Assembly: GCA_027001995.1 (NCBI GenBank)
Contig: JALTLO010000133.1
Coordinates: forward strand, 63,838 to 76,305
Direction: 5' to 3'
DNA from: Planctomycetota bacterium
GTDB taxonomy: Bacteria > Planctomycetota > GCA-002687715 > DRQF01
DNA: 12,468 nucleotides
Made by a program: the position numbers and the translations under genes. Shown here in pieces: positions 1-7,529 of this stretch. Numbering within the stretch: position 1 is the stretch's first letter; every line of letters starts with the position of its first letter. The notes beneath the pieces were generated by a model. The model did no database searches. It saw only the letters and a program-made list of their open reading frames with translations, and was not told the origin of the DNA.

Positions 1-208
1 AACTTGGTTCTTCCAAAGTCAGCCAATGCCGAAAAGCCTTAAGGCGATACTCCAGCAAAAATGAAGGTTCCTTCTTCTTGGCCGAAATAAGGCGAACAAC
101 ATTTTCGTCCAAACCTTTCGGAATGGAGACTGTTGCGATATCGGTGGTGAATCCCCACTCGTATTCTCGCTCAGTCACCTCTTCAATGTGCTCGTTCTTT
201 TTGTTCAA
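1..208 (-). CDS. sufB: Fe-S cluster assembly protein SufB, N-terminal part (continues off the left edge)
   Basis: Manual translation from TTG at 208: MNKKNEHIEEVTEREYEWGFTTDIATVSIPKGLDENVVRLISAKKKEPSFLLEYRLKAFRHWLTLEEPS, the typical SufB N-terminus (YxxGF, KGL.E..VR.IS..K.EP...LE.RLKA...W). GGAG lies 8 nt upstream, and TTGA overlaps the stop of the upstream regulator. Confidence 0.93.
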   Translation of the reverse strand, partial: MNKKNEHIEEVTEREYEWGFTTDIATVSIPKGLDENVVRLISAKKKEPSFLLEYRLKAFRHWLTLEEPS

Positions 209-696
209 CGAATATTCTCCGCATCTTCGCGCAATGATTTGGTCAATACGCTCATGTCTAGTTGTTGATCGAGAGTCGCGCATGCTGGGGCAGGGGAAAT
301 CATCTGCGCAAGGGTGATGCCTTCTAAAGCGTTGTGCACCACTTGATTGATGAGTTTCCAGTTGACCCGTGTCCGGCAGCTTGATTCGATAGGACAAGCC
401 TGAGCATCTTCCTCAGAACATTCCGTCATGGCGACGGGTCCTTCTAAAGCCGCAACCATTTCCAAGAGTCGAATTTCAGTGGCTGGGCGGGCCAAACGGT
501 AGCCTCCCATGGCTCCCCGGGTTGACGTCAACAGACCGAAACGGGTGAGGAGCTTGAGTATCTTGCTCACCATAGGCAATGGCAGGGAGGTCCTCAGGGC
601 AAGGTCCTTGGCACTGAGTACATCGTCATCCTGGTTCCCACCGAAGTGAGTCATGAGAACGATTCCGTAGTCGGCTTGTTTTGTGATTCTGAGCAT
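205..696 (-). CDS. Rrf2-family SUF system Fe-S cluster assembly regulator (IscR/SufR-like)
   Basis: MLRITKQADYG start, winged-helix LPLPMVSKILKLL...STRGAMGGYRLAR, ALEGP, and three Cys (ECSEEDAQACPIESSC) spaced as in cluster-binding Rrf2 proteins. Lies directly upstream of sufB. Confidence 0.92.
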   Translation of the reverse strand: MLRITKQADYGIVLMTHFGGNQDDDVLSAKDLALRTSLPLPMVSKILKLLTRFGLLTSTRGAMGGYRLARPATEIRLLEMVAALEGPVAMTECSEEDAQACPIESSCRTRVNWKLINQVVHNALEGITLAQMISPAPACATLDQQLDMSVLTKSLREDAENIR

Positions 697-772
697 CCCA
701 GGTTTCTCGGGCTTTATCTATATCAGACTAACCTTGTTCTATTTGGATTGTTCGACGGATGCAACGTCAGCC

Positions 773-799
773 TGGACCAAAAAGGACTCATTTGGTCCA
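773..799. promoter_or_regulatory. Inverted repeat, probable operator of the Rrf2 regulator
   Basis: Perfect TGGACCAAA-N9-TTTGGTCCA that also contains GGAC-N7-GTCC (784-798), similar to the GAC-N7-GTC core of IscR type-1 sites. It is about 80-100 bp upstream of the rrf2-sufB operon. Confidence 0.6.
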
Positions 800-979
800 A
801 GAAAGGCTTGTGCCCCTGGGATTCCTGGGATCAATTGTCGTAAATAACTATTTCAAAGAGATTTATGAATTCGAAGGGAGGAGGCAGCCAAGGCCTGACT
901 CAGGGGAGTAAAAGATAGATTTTAGCGTAAGAAACAACAACGAAACCGTCCGCATGGGGAGTTTGTGTCACTAGCTCGC

Positions 980-2344
980 CTATCCAGCCGTGACGGAAAC
1001 GCCGTGAGCTCGTACCCAGGGGTAAGCGACTCGACCGAAGATGCTTTCCGTTTCCACGCTGACCGCATCAATGTCACGGAACAGATCCAAGAGATTGCCA
1101 GAAATGAGGACCTCTGTGATGGGGCGCTTTTCTCCGCCTTCCACAAGGAACCCAGCCTTCACGACACCACTAAACTCACCGGTGACACCATTTGTACTGC
1201 CAGAAAATCGGGTCACGATGATCGTGGGGGAGGTTGTGTTGAGAAGGTCTTCCAGGCTATCTGTACCAGCGGACATCTGAACCCGGCCAAAAGAAACTCC
1301 AGGCAAGCTCTCCGCTCCACCCGCAGCCTGACCCGTTGTACCACCCGAAACATGGGCCGCAACGGCTTCGTAGTGATTGTATGGCAAGGACAAAAGTTTG
1401 CCATTTTCCATAATCGTCTGTTTCCTTCTTGGCTGTCCCTCGCGATCGAATTCTGAAGAGTCCAGTTCTCCAGGCACGGTAGGATCGTCTATCAGAGTAA
1501 TGAGGGAAGCTGCCACGACCTCATGGAGCTTGTCGGCCATGGGACTCTTGCCTTTTCGAATCGACGCAGGATTGAGCATTCCTAGAAGATTGCCAACGAT
1601 AAGGGAAGAAGTGGCCTCGGGGGTGAAAAGGACTTCTCCCTTATAGGACTTTCCCTTTCCAGGCCGGAGGGCACCCAGTGTCTTGGCACAAAAGTCTCGG
1701 GCACAAAGATCAATTTTGTCCTCGAACCCAGCGAACATCCGAGCGCCGTTACCAGCGACAGCGAAACTGCCAACGTCATCACCCTCCACGGCCATGCCAA
1801 ACAAATAGCAAGACACATGAGACCCAAGAGTGTGGCACCGGACACCTGTTGAAGAGGATATGGCTCGGGCACCACGACCTGCACCAACTGACCCGGAATC
1901 AATGCTGACTCGGGGATCAATAGCTTTCACTTGGGCCAAGAGTTTGCCGCCCAAATCCGTGACTTCCTTGACCCCTACTTCGGCGGCATCGGCATGAAAT
2001 AGACCATCTACCTGAATTCGTGGCTGCGGTGCTGGCAAGCCATGCAATTCATCAGGAAGCGAAGCTGCTGCCAGGCTGAGTGCATCCCTCAAAGTGTCCT
2101 TCATGGAAGAGAAGTCGTTGGTCGACGCAAATCCCAAGCGCTTGTCCTTGATGATGCGAACACCATAGACAGTCTCATCGTCAGAAATCGCTAGTTGAAG
2201 ATCGTTCTTTTCGAACTCCACACTTTGCGATGTTCCCCAGGCAGCGATCACTTCGACTTCATCAGCGCCCATCTTGAGGGCCATGTCTCTGGTCTCGTCA
2301 CATTGGTCGAGAAGGTTCTCAGGCGAAACAATCGGATCTGTCAT
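980..2344 (-). CDS. pmbA: TldE/PmbA family protein (non-catalytic partner of TldD)
   Basis: GADEVEV, GVRIIKDKRLGFAST, LIDDPT...SSEFDREG, TGEFSG...GFLVEGG...PITEVLISGNLLDLF, C-terminal VTAG; no HExxxH. ATG at 2344 (MTDPIVS) preferred over the track start at 2374. Confidence 0.9.
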   Translation of the reverse strand: MTDPIVSPENLLDQCDETRDMALKMGADEVEVIAAWGTSQSVEFEKNDLQLAISDDETVYGVRIIKDKRLGFASTNDFSSMKDTLRDALSLAAASLPDELHGLPAPQPRIQVDGLFHADAAEVGVKEVTDLGGKLLAQVKAIDPRVSIDSGSVGAGRGARAISSSTGVRCHTLGSHVSCYLFGMAVEGDDVGSFAVAGNGARMFAGFEDKIDLCARDFCAKTLGALRPGKGKSYKGEVLFTPEATSSLIVGNLLGMLNPASIRKGKSPMADKLHEVVAASLITLIDDPTVPGELDSSEFDREGQPRRKQTIMENGKLLSLPYNHYEAVAAHVSGGTTGQAAGGAESLPGVSFGRVQMSAGTDSLEDLLNTTSPTIIVTRFSGSTNGVTGEFSGVVKAGFLVEGGEKRPITEVLISGNLLDLFRDIDAVSVETESIFGRVAYPWVRAHGVSVTAG

Positions 2345-2423
2345 TCTTTCGGACTTTCTTCTTGGGGATATCAATCGTCAAGTATCCAAGGTGTGGAGAT
2401 TTTTCGGGGCAGATTGAAACCAC

Positions 2424-3827
2424 TTATTCTTGAGTACCACCAAGCAAGACTTGGCAACGTACATAAGGGCCGCCGGCATCCACTTTTGCTGGTTGGCCTT
2501 TGCCGCAATAACCCGATCCCAACTCCCAACGGAATTCAGAGGAAACCGCATCAACAGTTTGCATGACGTCAAAGGCAACCCCAGAGAGCGTGACACCTTT
2601 CACCAAGGGACCTCGTTTTCCGTTCTTGATACGCCAAGCATTTTGTACAGCAAACATGAACTCACCGGTGGCATCGGCTTGGCCATTCTTGGGCCCATCT
2701 AAGAGATAACCATCTTGCATGCCAGCAATCATCTGGTCCAAGGTCGAGTCCCCAGGCTCAAGGTAAGTATTGCGCATGCGTATGATGGGTTGATCGCAGA
2801 AATCCCAGGCTCGAGCATTTCCTGTTGGCTCTACTCCAAAGTGAGCCGCGCTCTCACGGTTGTGCAGGTATGATGTCAAGATTCCCTTGTCGATGATGGT
2901 GGCTCGTTTGGTGTAGACGCCTTCATCATCGATTGGCATGGTGCCACCGGCGCCTCCAGCGTATTCGCTGAATCCGCTGTCGCAGAGCGTGACCAAATCG
3001 CTCCCCACACGTTGGCCAATTTTCCCTTGGGCGACAGATCCAGATTGGACGAAGTCGGCTTCGACAGTGTGCCCAATGGCTTCGTGAACCAAGAGCCCCA
3101 CGATGGACGGAGCCAAGATCACTGTCGCTCGTCCCCCCGCTGGTTTTTCTGCCTCCAAGAGGTCGATGGCGAACTTGGCCGCATCCGAAACCATTTTTGA
3201 TTTTCGATCGCCGCGAAACAGACAATCCCAATTACCGGTGACACCGATAGATTCGTTGGCAACCGATAGAATTCCTTTGCTTTCGGCAACAGCCTGTACG
3301 CGAAATTCTGGGCGGAGGATTCGAAAGGACGTGTCAGCGCCATCTGAGGTGACGATGGCCTTTCTTTCATCAATCTCACTGTAAGCACAACTCGCACTGG
3401 TGATACGAGGACTCTCTGCCCGTGTCCGCTCTTCTGTGATGCGGGCCAAGTCGAGCTTTTCATCTAAGCTGATGGCATCGACTTCAACGGCACTGGGGTC
3501 ATCGAAATCACCCTGTGCGAGAGCGGCGGGAGGGAGAGTGGAAATCGACGCTTGCCGTTGGCCAGCACTGGCCCGGGCCGCATCTTTGGCTCGCTTGATG
3601 GCCCGGGTGATAGAAGCTTCATCGGTGGCGCCGGTACTGGAAAAGCCCCACGTTCCTTGTTCCAGGACGCGAACCCCGACTCCGCAGCGCCGTTTTACAC
3701 TGGCTGCCTCGACTTTGCCTTTTTCCACGACAACACTACGACTCGTTTTGCCGGAATAACGTAACTCAACGAAACCAGTTTGTTGGTCAACAACTTGTTT
3801 GAGGAGCTTTCGAATTTCTGCTGCCAT
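2424..3827 (-). CDS. tldD: TldD family metalloprotease
   Basis: GVGVRVL..GTWGFSST, HEAIGH metal motif, DDEG, GILTSYLH, GNARA...PIIRMRNTY, CGKGQ metal-ligand Cys, and GGP. AGGAG 7 nt before the ATG at 3827 supports this start over 3950. Confidence 0.95.
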   Translation of the reverse strand: MAAEIRKLLKQVVDQQTGFVELRYSGKTSRSVVVEKGKVEAASVKRRCGVGVRVLEQGTWGFSSTGATDEASITRAIKRAKDAARASAGQRQASISTLPPAALAQGDFDDPSAVEVDAISLDEKLDLARITEERTRAESPRITSASCAYSEIDERKAIVTSDGADTSFRILRPEFRVQAVAESKGILSVANESIGVTGNWDCLFRGDRKSKMVSDAAKFAIDLLEAEKPAGGRATVILAPSIVGLLVHEAIGHTVEADFVQSGSVAQGKIGQRVGSDLVTLCDSGFSEYAGGAGGTMPIDDEGVYTKRATIIDKGILTSYLHNRESAAHFGVEPTGNARAWDFCDQPIIRMRNTYLEPGDSTLDQMIAGMQDGYLLDGPKNGQADATGEFMFAVQNAWRIKNGKRGPLVKGVTLSGVAFDVMQTVDAVSSEFRWELGSGYCGKGQPAKVDAGGPYVRCQVLLGGTQE

Positions 3828-4088
3828 TTCGTTTCTCCTGGCCTCTAATTTTGGCCAAATTGTCATCGACCATTTTGCCTTCAGGCATCTGGTCGATCTT
3901 CGCTGAATTGCGTCGGAGTTGAAGACTAAAAACCTGATTTTGTTCGACAATCATGGGAAAACAGGGTCATCATTCTTTGCCATCTCGATTCTAGGAGATT
4001 GAGAATGGCCTTTGGATAAGGAACTGTCTCGATGGTTGTGCCCCCCCTGGGCCATCGTCTCAGTACTCACTAATCACGAACATGCCGG

Positions 4089-4832
4089 CTACTCAGCATT
4101 GGCAATAGCCGCCTCAATCAAGGCTCGAAAAAGAGGGTGGGGAGCATGAAGAGACGAATTATACTGGGGCAAGAAGGCGACTCCCAAGTAGAAGGGCAAA
4201 TCACTCCGCTCTAAGGCGGTCACGAATCGTCGCTCGCCATATGTTCCTTCTCCACTGAAATGGATGTTTTTCCCTTCGAAATCTCCGACGAAATCAGGGT
4301 TAGCAACATAATGGCCCCTGAATGACTCCTGAAAAGGGCCTTGTCCGCCGTAGATGCCTGCCATGCGACTGCCTTCTTTGAAGCGGATGTCGATGGGTAA
4401 AGGGGAGAATTTGTCGATCGGGGGCTGATCTGACTCCAAGCGACAGATCACCGGCAAGGAGACATTCTCTTCATAAGCTGTGCTGTTGGCCATTTCTTTT
4501 CCAAGACAGCGACGAGCCAAGTCGATAATCATGTGCTGATAGCCATATTCAATTCCTAAGACCGGCAGTTTCCGGGCTTCGTACCATTGAAGAGCAGCTA
4601 GGATCTCCGGCCACAGTTGTCGGGGAGTCTTCGGGTTTCTCGGCGCTATGACAGCGCAGCATGTCTGATCCAAGACGTCGTCCCGATCGACAATCTGAGA
4701 AGGGGTCACCCAGCGGGTATTAAAAACGACACCACAGGCTTTCATGGCGTGAATCAAGGCCTCATGGGTTGCCACATGGGCTGAGTATTCCGGATCGAAC
4801 TGGCCAACAATAGAAACGAGTGGTGTGATCAT
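4089..4832 (-). CDS. Stand-alone CTP synthase-like class I glutamine amidotransferase domain, predicted catalytically inactive
   Basis: SIVGQF...AH...EALIHA, LPVLGIEYGYQHMIIDLAR..LG...ANS, VANP, LERSDLPFYLGVAFLPQYNS....PHPLF follow the PyrG C-terminal domain end to end. There is no synthetase domain, and the catalytic Cys/His/Glu positions read E95/L221/Q223. Confidence 0.8.
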   Translation of the reverse strand: MITPLVSIVGQFDPEYSAHVATHEALIHAMKACGVVFNTRWVTPSQIVDRDDVLDQTCCAVIAPRNPKTPRQLWPEILAALQWYEARKLPVLGIEYGYQHMIIDLARRCLGKEMANSTAYEENVSLPVICRLESDQPPIDKFSPLPIDIRFKEGSRMAGIYGGQGPFQESFRGHYVANPDFVGDFEGKNIHFSGEGTYGERRFVTALERSDLPFYLGVAFLPQYNSSLHAPHPLFRALIEAAIANAE

Positions 4833-4868
4833 AGGATGCTCATTGAGGAAGATTGGTAGTATCTTCTT

Positions 4869-4888
4869 TAGATACGCCCTCGTATCTA
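4869..4888. promoter_or_regulatory. Perfect 8-4-8 inverted repeat, candidate operator or leader hairpin
   Basis: TAGATACG-CCCT-CGTATCTA, about 37 bp upstream of the ATG at 4832 in a divergent intergenic region. Confidence 0.4.
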
Positions 4889-5307
4889 TTCGGATGGATC
4901 AACCTGCCATATCCAGTCGGATTGGGAAAAAAACCAAAGTGCTTCAACTTGGGACTGAGAAACACTCCTCAATCTCGAAAAACAAGAAACCTCGAAGGCT
5001 CTGTGGCTTGAGCCTATAATTTCGGGTTGACATTGGGAGGAATAGTGAGTGCAGCCCCGCGATGCGACAAAATGGCGCTGCGATGAATGGGCTCCAATTG
5101 GCCTTCCGAGGACGTATTCCTCAGCTACGAGTTAGAACCCTTGTCCCTTGCTGCGTATGATCTTAAACTACTTTGCTTCTTGTTCTGCAGCGTCTTGCGC
5201 CGCAGCGATGACCAAATTTACGATATTTCATCTTGCAGACGAAAAGTCCCCGGGTTTGAAACCGAGGATCTTGGCTCTGTAGAACTGTCCAACATGGAAA
5301 GTAATTC

Positions 5308-6504
5308 ATGACTTCGAGGCGTATTGACACCTACCTCAAAGACCTCCTGGCGGAGGATCGCTACGATTTCTATGCCGCTGTTCGCGATTTCTCTGACGAC
5401 GCCATTGGACCAAAAGTCCTGGGATGGGAACGAAAAGGGATCCACGTCCCAGATGAAGCCATCGCACAGATGGCCGAAATGGGGCTGTTCGGAATTCCAG
5501 TTCCTGAGAACATGGGGGGCCAAGGGGGTGACCACCTGGACTTGGTCCTAATGGGACTAGCTCTCAGTTATCATAGTCAGTCCGCTGCGATCACACCAGG
5601 AGCCGCAGTGAGCTTGGGGATCAAACCCCTGCTGTTGTGTGGAAGTGATGAACAAAAAGCGGCGCACATGTCTGACCTAGCCGAAGGGAAACGCATGTTC
5701 GTCTTTGGGCTATCTGAGCCGGGACGAGGTTCGGACGCAGCAAACCCAGAGGTCGTCGCCGTTCAAAACGGAGACGGCTGGTCCTTGAAGGGCGAAAAAT
5801 GTTGGTCCACCAATGCTGAATGGGCCAGCCACGTTGTTGTCCATGCTTTGACCGATGCTGATGCTCCCAATGGCAAACGCTCAACCTGTTTTATCGTCCC
5901 CATGGACCGTGAGGGTGTCCACTATCAAGAAATGGCCGGAAAAAAGGTCTGGGAGCAATCCAGCACCGGGTCCATCATGTTCGACAATGTCCAAGTGGCT
6001 GCGGATGACCTTTTGGGCGAGTTGGGCGGCGGTTTCAAAGTGATGGTGACGACGTTGAATGGTGGCCGCCTCTTTGTAGCAGCCCTAGCTTTGGGATCAT
6101 TGGCTTTCGCTTTGGATCGTTGCACCAAGTACGTCCAAGAAAGAACCCAATTCAACGATCAAGCCATTGGTCGATTCCAACGAGTCCAAGATATCATCCT
6201 GGACATGGATATCGCTTTGGAAAAGAATCTCACTTGGTTGATGCACTTGTCCGAGCTTTACGTGGCCGGCAATCTTTCGCGGGAGCAGGCGGCCAAAGTT
6301 AAGATTTCATGTTCGAATGAAGCTTCTGAGCTCTTGATTCGCGCCATGGAAGTATGTGGCGGGGTAGCTTGCTTGGACGAGTTCGGTCTGATTCGACATC
6401 ACAACGACCTCTTTGTCACTCGCGTTGGCGAGGGCAGTAACTTGGCACTGAAGACCTTGGCCACCCGTCCTTTGCTGCCAGAGATTCGTAACATTCTGCA
6501 ATAA
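5308..6504 (+). CDS. Acyl-CoA dehydrogenase family protein
   Basis: MAEMGLFGIPVPENMGGQG, FGLSEPGRGSDA, WSLKGEKCWSTNA, FDNVQV...LLGELGGGF, LNGGRL, YVQERTQF..AIGRFQ, and C-terminal RVGEGSN carrying the MCAD/SCAD-type catalytic Glu. Confidence 0.95.
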   Translation: MTSRRIDTYLKDLLAEDRYDFYAAVRDFSDDAIGPKVLGWERKGIHVPDEAIAQMAEMGLFGIPVPENMGGQGGDHLDLVLMGLALSYHSQSAAITPGAAVSLGIKPLLLCGSDEQKAAHMSDLAEGKRMFVFGLSEPGRGSDAANPEVVAVQNGDGWSLKGEKCWSTNAEWASHVVVHALTDADAPNGKRSTCFIVPMDREGVHYQEMAGKKVWEQSSTGSIMFDNVQVAADDLLGELGGGFKVMVTTLNGGRLFVAALALGSLAFALDRCTKYVQERTQFNDQAIGRFQRVQDIILDMDIALEKNLTWLMHLSELYVAGNLSREQAAKVKISCSNEASELLIRAMEVCGGVACLDEFGLIRHHNDLFVTRVGEGSNLALKTLATRPLLPEIRNILQ

Positions 6505-6552
6505 GAAAATGCAGGAGATGAGTCATTCATTTAACTCAGCTCGCAAATGACA

Positions 6553-6588
6553 AACGGCCGGATCTGTCGTAAGACAAGTCCGGCCGTT
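6553..6588. terminator. Probable bidirectional intrinsic terminator
   Basis: AACGGCCGGA...TCCGGCCGTT 10-bp stem extended by TGTC-GTAA-GACA, between convergent stops at 6504 and 6626. U-rich tails are present but imperfect on both strands. Confidence 0.75.
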
Positions 6589-6625
6589 ATCGTGTTTTCT
6601 CAGAGAGGCAGCCCCGATTTTCCTC

Positions 6626-7114
6626 TCAGTCGACGTAGCGGGGTTCCTGCCCTTGTGCGCTCAGAAGCTGGTTAATCTCATCCTTGAGTGCGACCATCCG
6701 CAGCTCCCGGCCTATGGCCACCCGATTGAATTCCTCTAGCTCCCGTTGAACATTCATGATGTTGGTGAGAGAAGAATTGAGGGATGTCATATCATGGATT
6801 GCAACCACGGTTAGCTCTTCTTGGCCAAGCCGAAGAGAGCGCACATCGATTTCTACTTGAAATCTGCTGCTCCCACGGCGCGCTTCTACCTGCACTTTGT
6901 CCCGGGAAGCTCGGTGCAAAAGCCAAATACCATCCGGGCTGCCAAAACTACCATGATCCAATTCACGCAATCCTGGAAGGACGGCAAGTAAGTTGCCCCC
7001 TCCGTCTTGGAGGTCGAGTTGGGTTTCTGCGGCGGCATTAGCATAAACAATGTTGAGTTCGGGATCGACTCCCACCAATGCAACAGGGCAAGCTGCAAGA
7101 ATTTCAGATTCCAT
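6626..7114 (-). CDS. PAS-domain protein with C-terminal ELEEFNR...GRELRM..LK.EIN..L....GQEPRY helix and no enzymatic output domain
   Basis: PAS signature ILAACPVALVGVDPELNIVYANAAAE and PAC-end VAIHDMT, followed by a coiled-coil-like tail. GGGAG 6 nt before the ATG at 7114; alternative ATG at 7132. Confidence 0.82.
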   Translation of the reverse strand: MESEILAACPVALVGVDPELNIVYANAAAETQLDLQDGGGNLLAVLPGLRELDHGSFGSPDGIWLLHRASRDKVQVEARRGSSRFQVEIDVRSLRLGQEELTVVAIHDMTSLNSSLTNIMNVQRELEEFNRVAIGRELRMVALKDEINQLLSAQGQEPRYVD

Positions 7115-7138
7115 TGTGAGCTCCCGCCTCATGGCTTT

Positions 7139-7525
7139 TCAGTCAGCGATTGGGACAGGAACGGGAACGAAACTCTCGACCAAATCGATGAGTGCATCCG
7201 GATCAAAAGGCTTCATCAGGTATCCGTCAGCCCCCGCTTCAAAACCGATTTGCTTTTCGTCTTCTTTTGCCTTGGCAGTGAGAAGTACGATGGGGATCTT
7301 GGCGGTAGCCGGATCCTTCTTCACTTGACGGCAGACCTCATAGCCGTCAATTCCAGGCATCATGACATCCAAGAGAATGAGACCTGGTAGCTCTTCATGC
7401 AAAAGATCAAGCCCGGACTCTCCATCTTGAGCACACTCAAGAGCATAGTCTGACTCCAGCAGCTCCCGAAGTATGCGGAGGTTTCTGTCGTTATCATCGA
7501 TACAAAGAATCTTGCTGCTGTTCAT
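7139..7525 (-). CDS. Single-domain response regulator (CheY/DivK-like receiver)
   Basis: All receiver residues are intact: CIDDN, LILLDVMMPGIDG (phospho-Asp), VLLTAK, GADGYLMKPF. GGAG ribosome site upstream. Confidence 0.95.
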   Translation of the reverse strand: MNSSKILCIDDNDRNLRILRELLESDYALECAQDGESGLDLLHEELPGLILLDVMMPGIDGYEVCRQVKKDPATAKIPIVLLTAKAKEDEKQIGFEAGADGYLMKPFDPDALIDLVESFVPVPVPIAD

Positions 7526-7529
7526 GAAC

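Noticed and set aside
815..831. Tandem CCTGGGAT-T-CCTGGGAT
   Set aside because: Only two 8-bp copies; too short to interpret and not CRISPR-like.
863..955. 30-aa minus-strand ORF MRTVSLLFLTLKSIFYSPESGLGCLLPSNS downstream of tldE, considered as a TldDE substrate or RiPP precursor
   Set aside because: No ribosome site, no leader/core pattern and no modifying enzymes nearby; an ORF of this length is expected by chance.
3828..3950. 41-aa N-terminal extension of TldD in the ORF track (similarly 2345-2374 for TldE and 8373-8429 for HDOD)
   Set aside because: Family similarity begins at the internal ATGs; those at 3827 and 8372 also have good ribosome sites, and 8372 a stop-start overlap.
4089..4832. 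Calling this gene pyrG or a pyrG pseudogene
   Set aside because: No synthetase domain or remnant is visible upstream, and the frame is intact with no internal stops or frameshifts.
5015..5032. Perfect TATAAT (5015-5020) and TTGACA (5027-5032)
   Set aside because: They are in the wrong order to form one promoter, and neither has a good partner hexamer at 16-18 bp spacing.
4825..5311. Short plus-strand ORFs 4825-5019 and 5087-5311 in the divergent intergenic region
   Set aside because: No recognisable motifs and no convincing ribosome site for 5087; they cannot be supported without homology or ribosome-profiling data.
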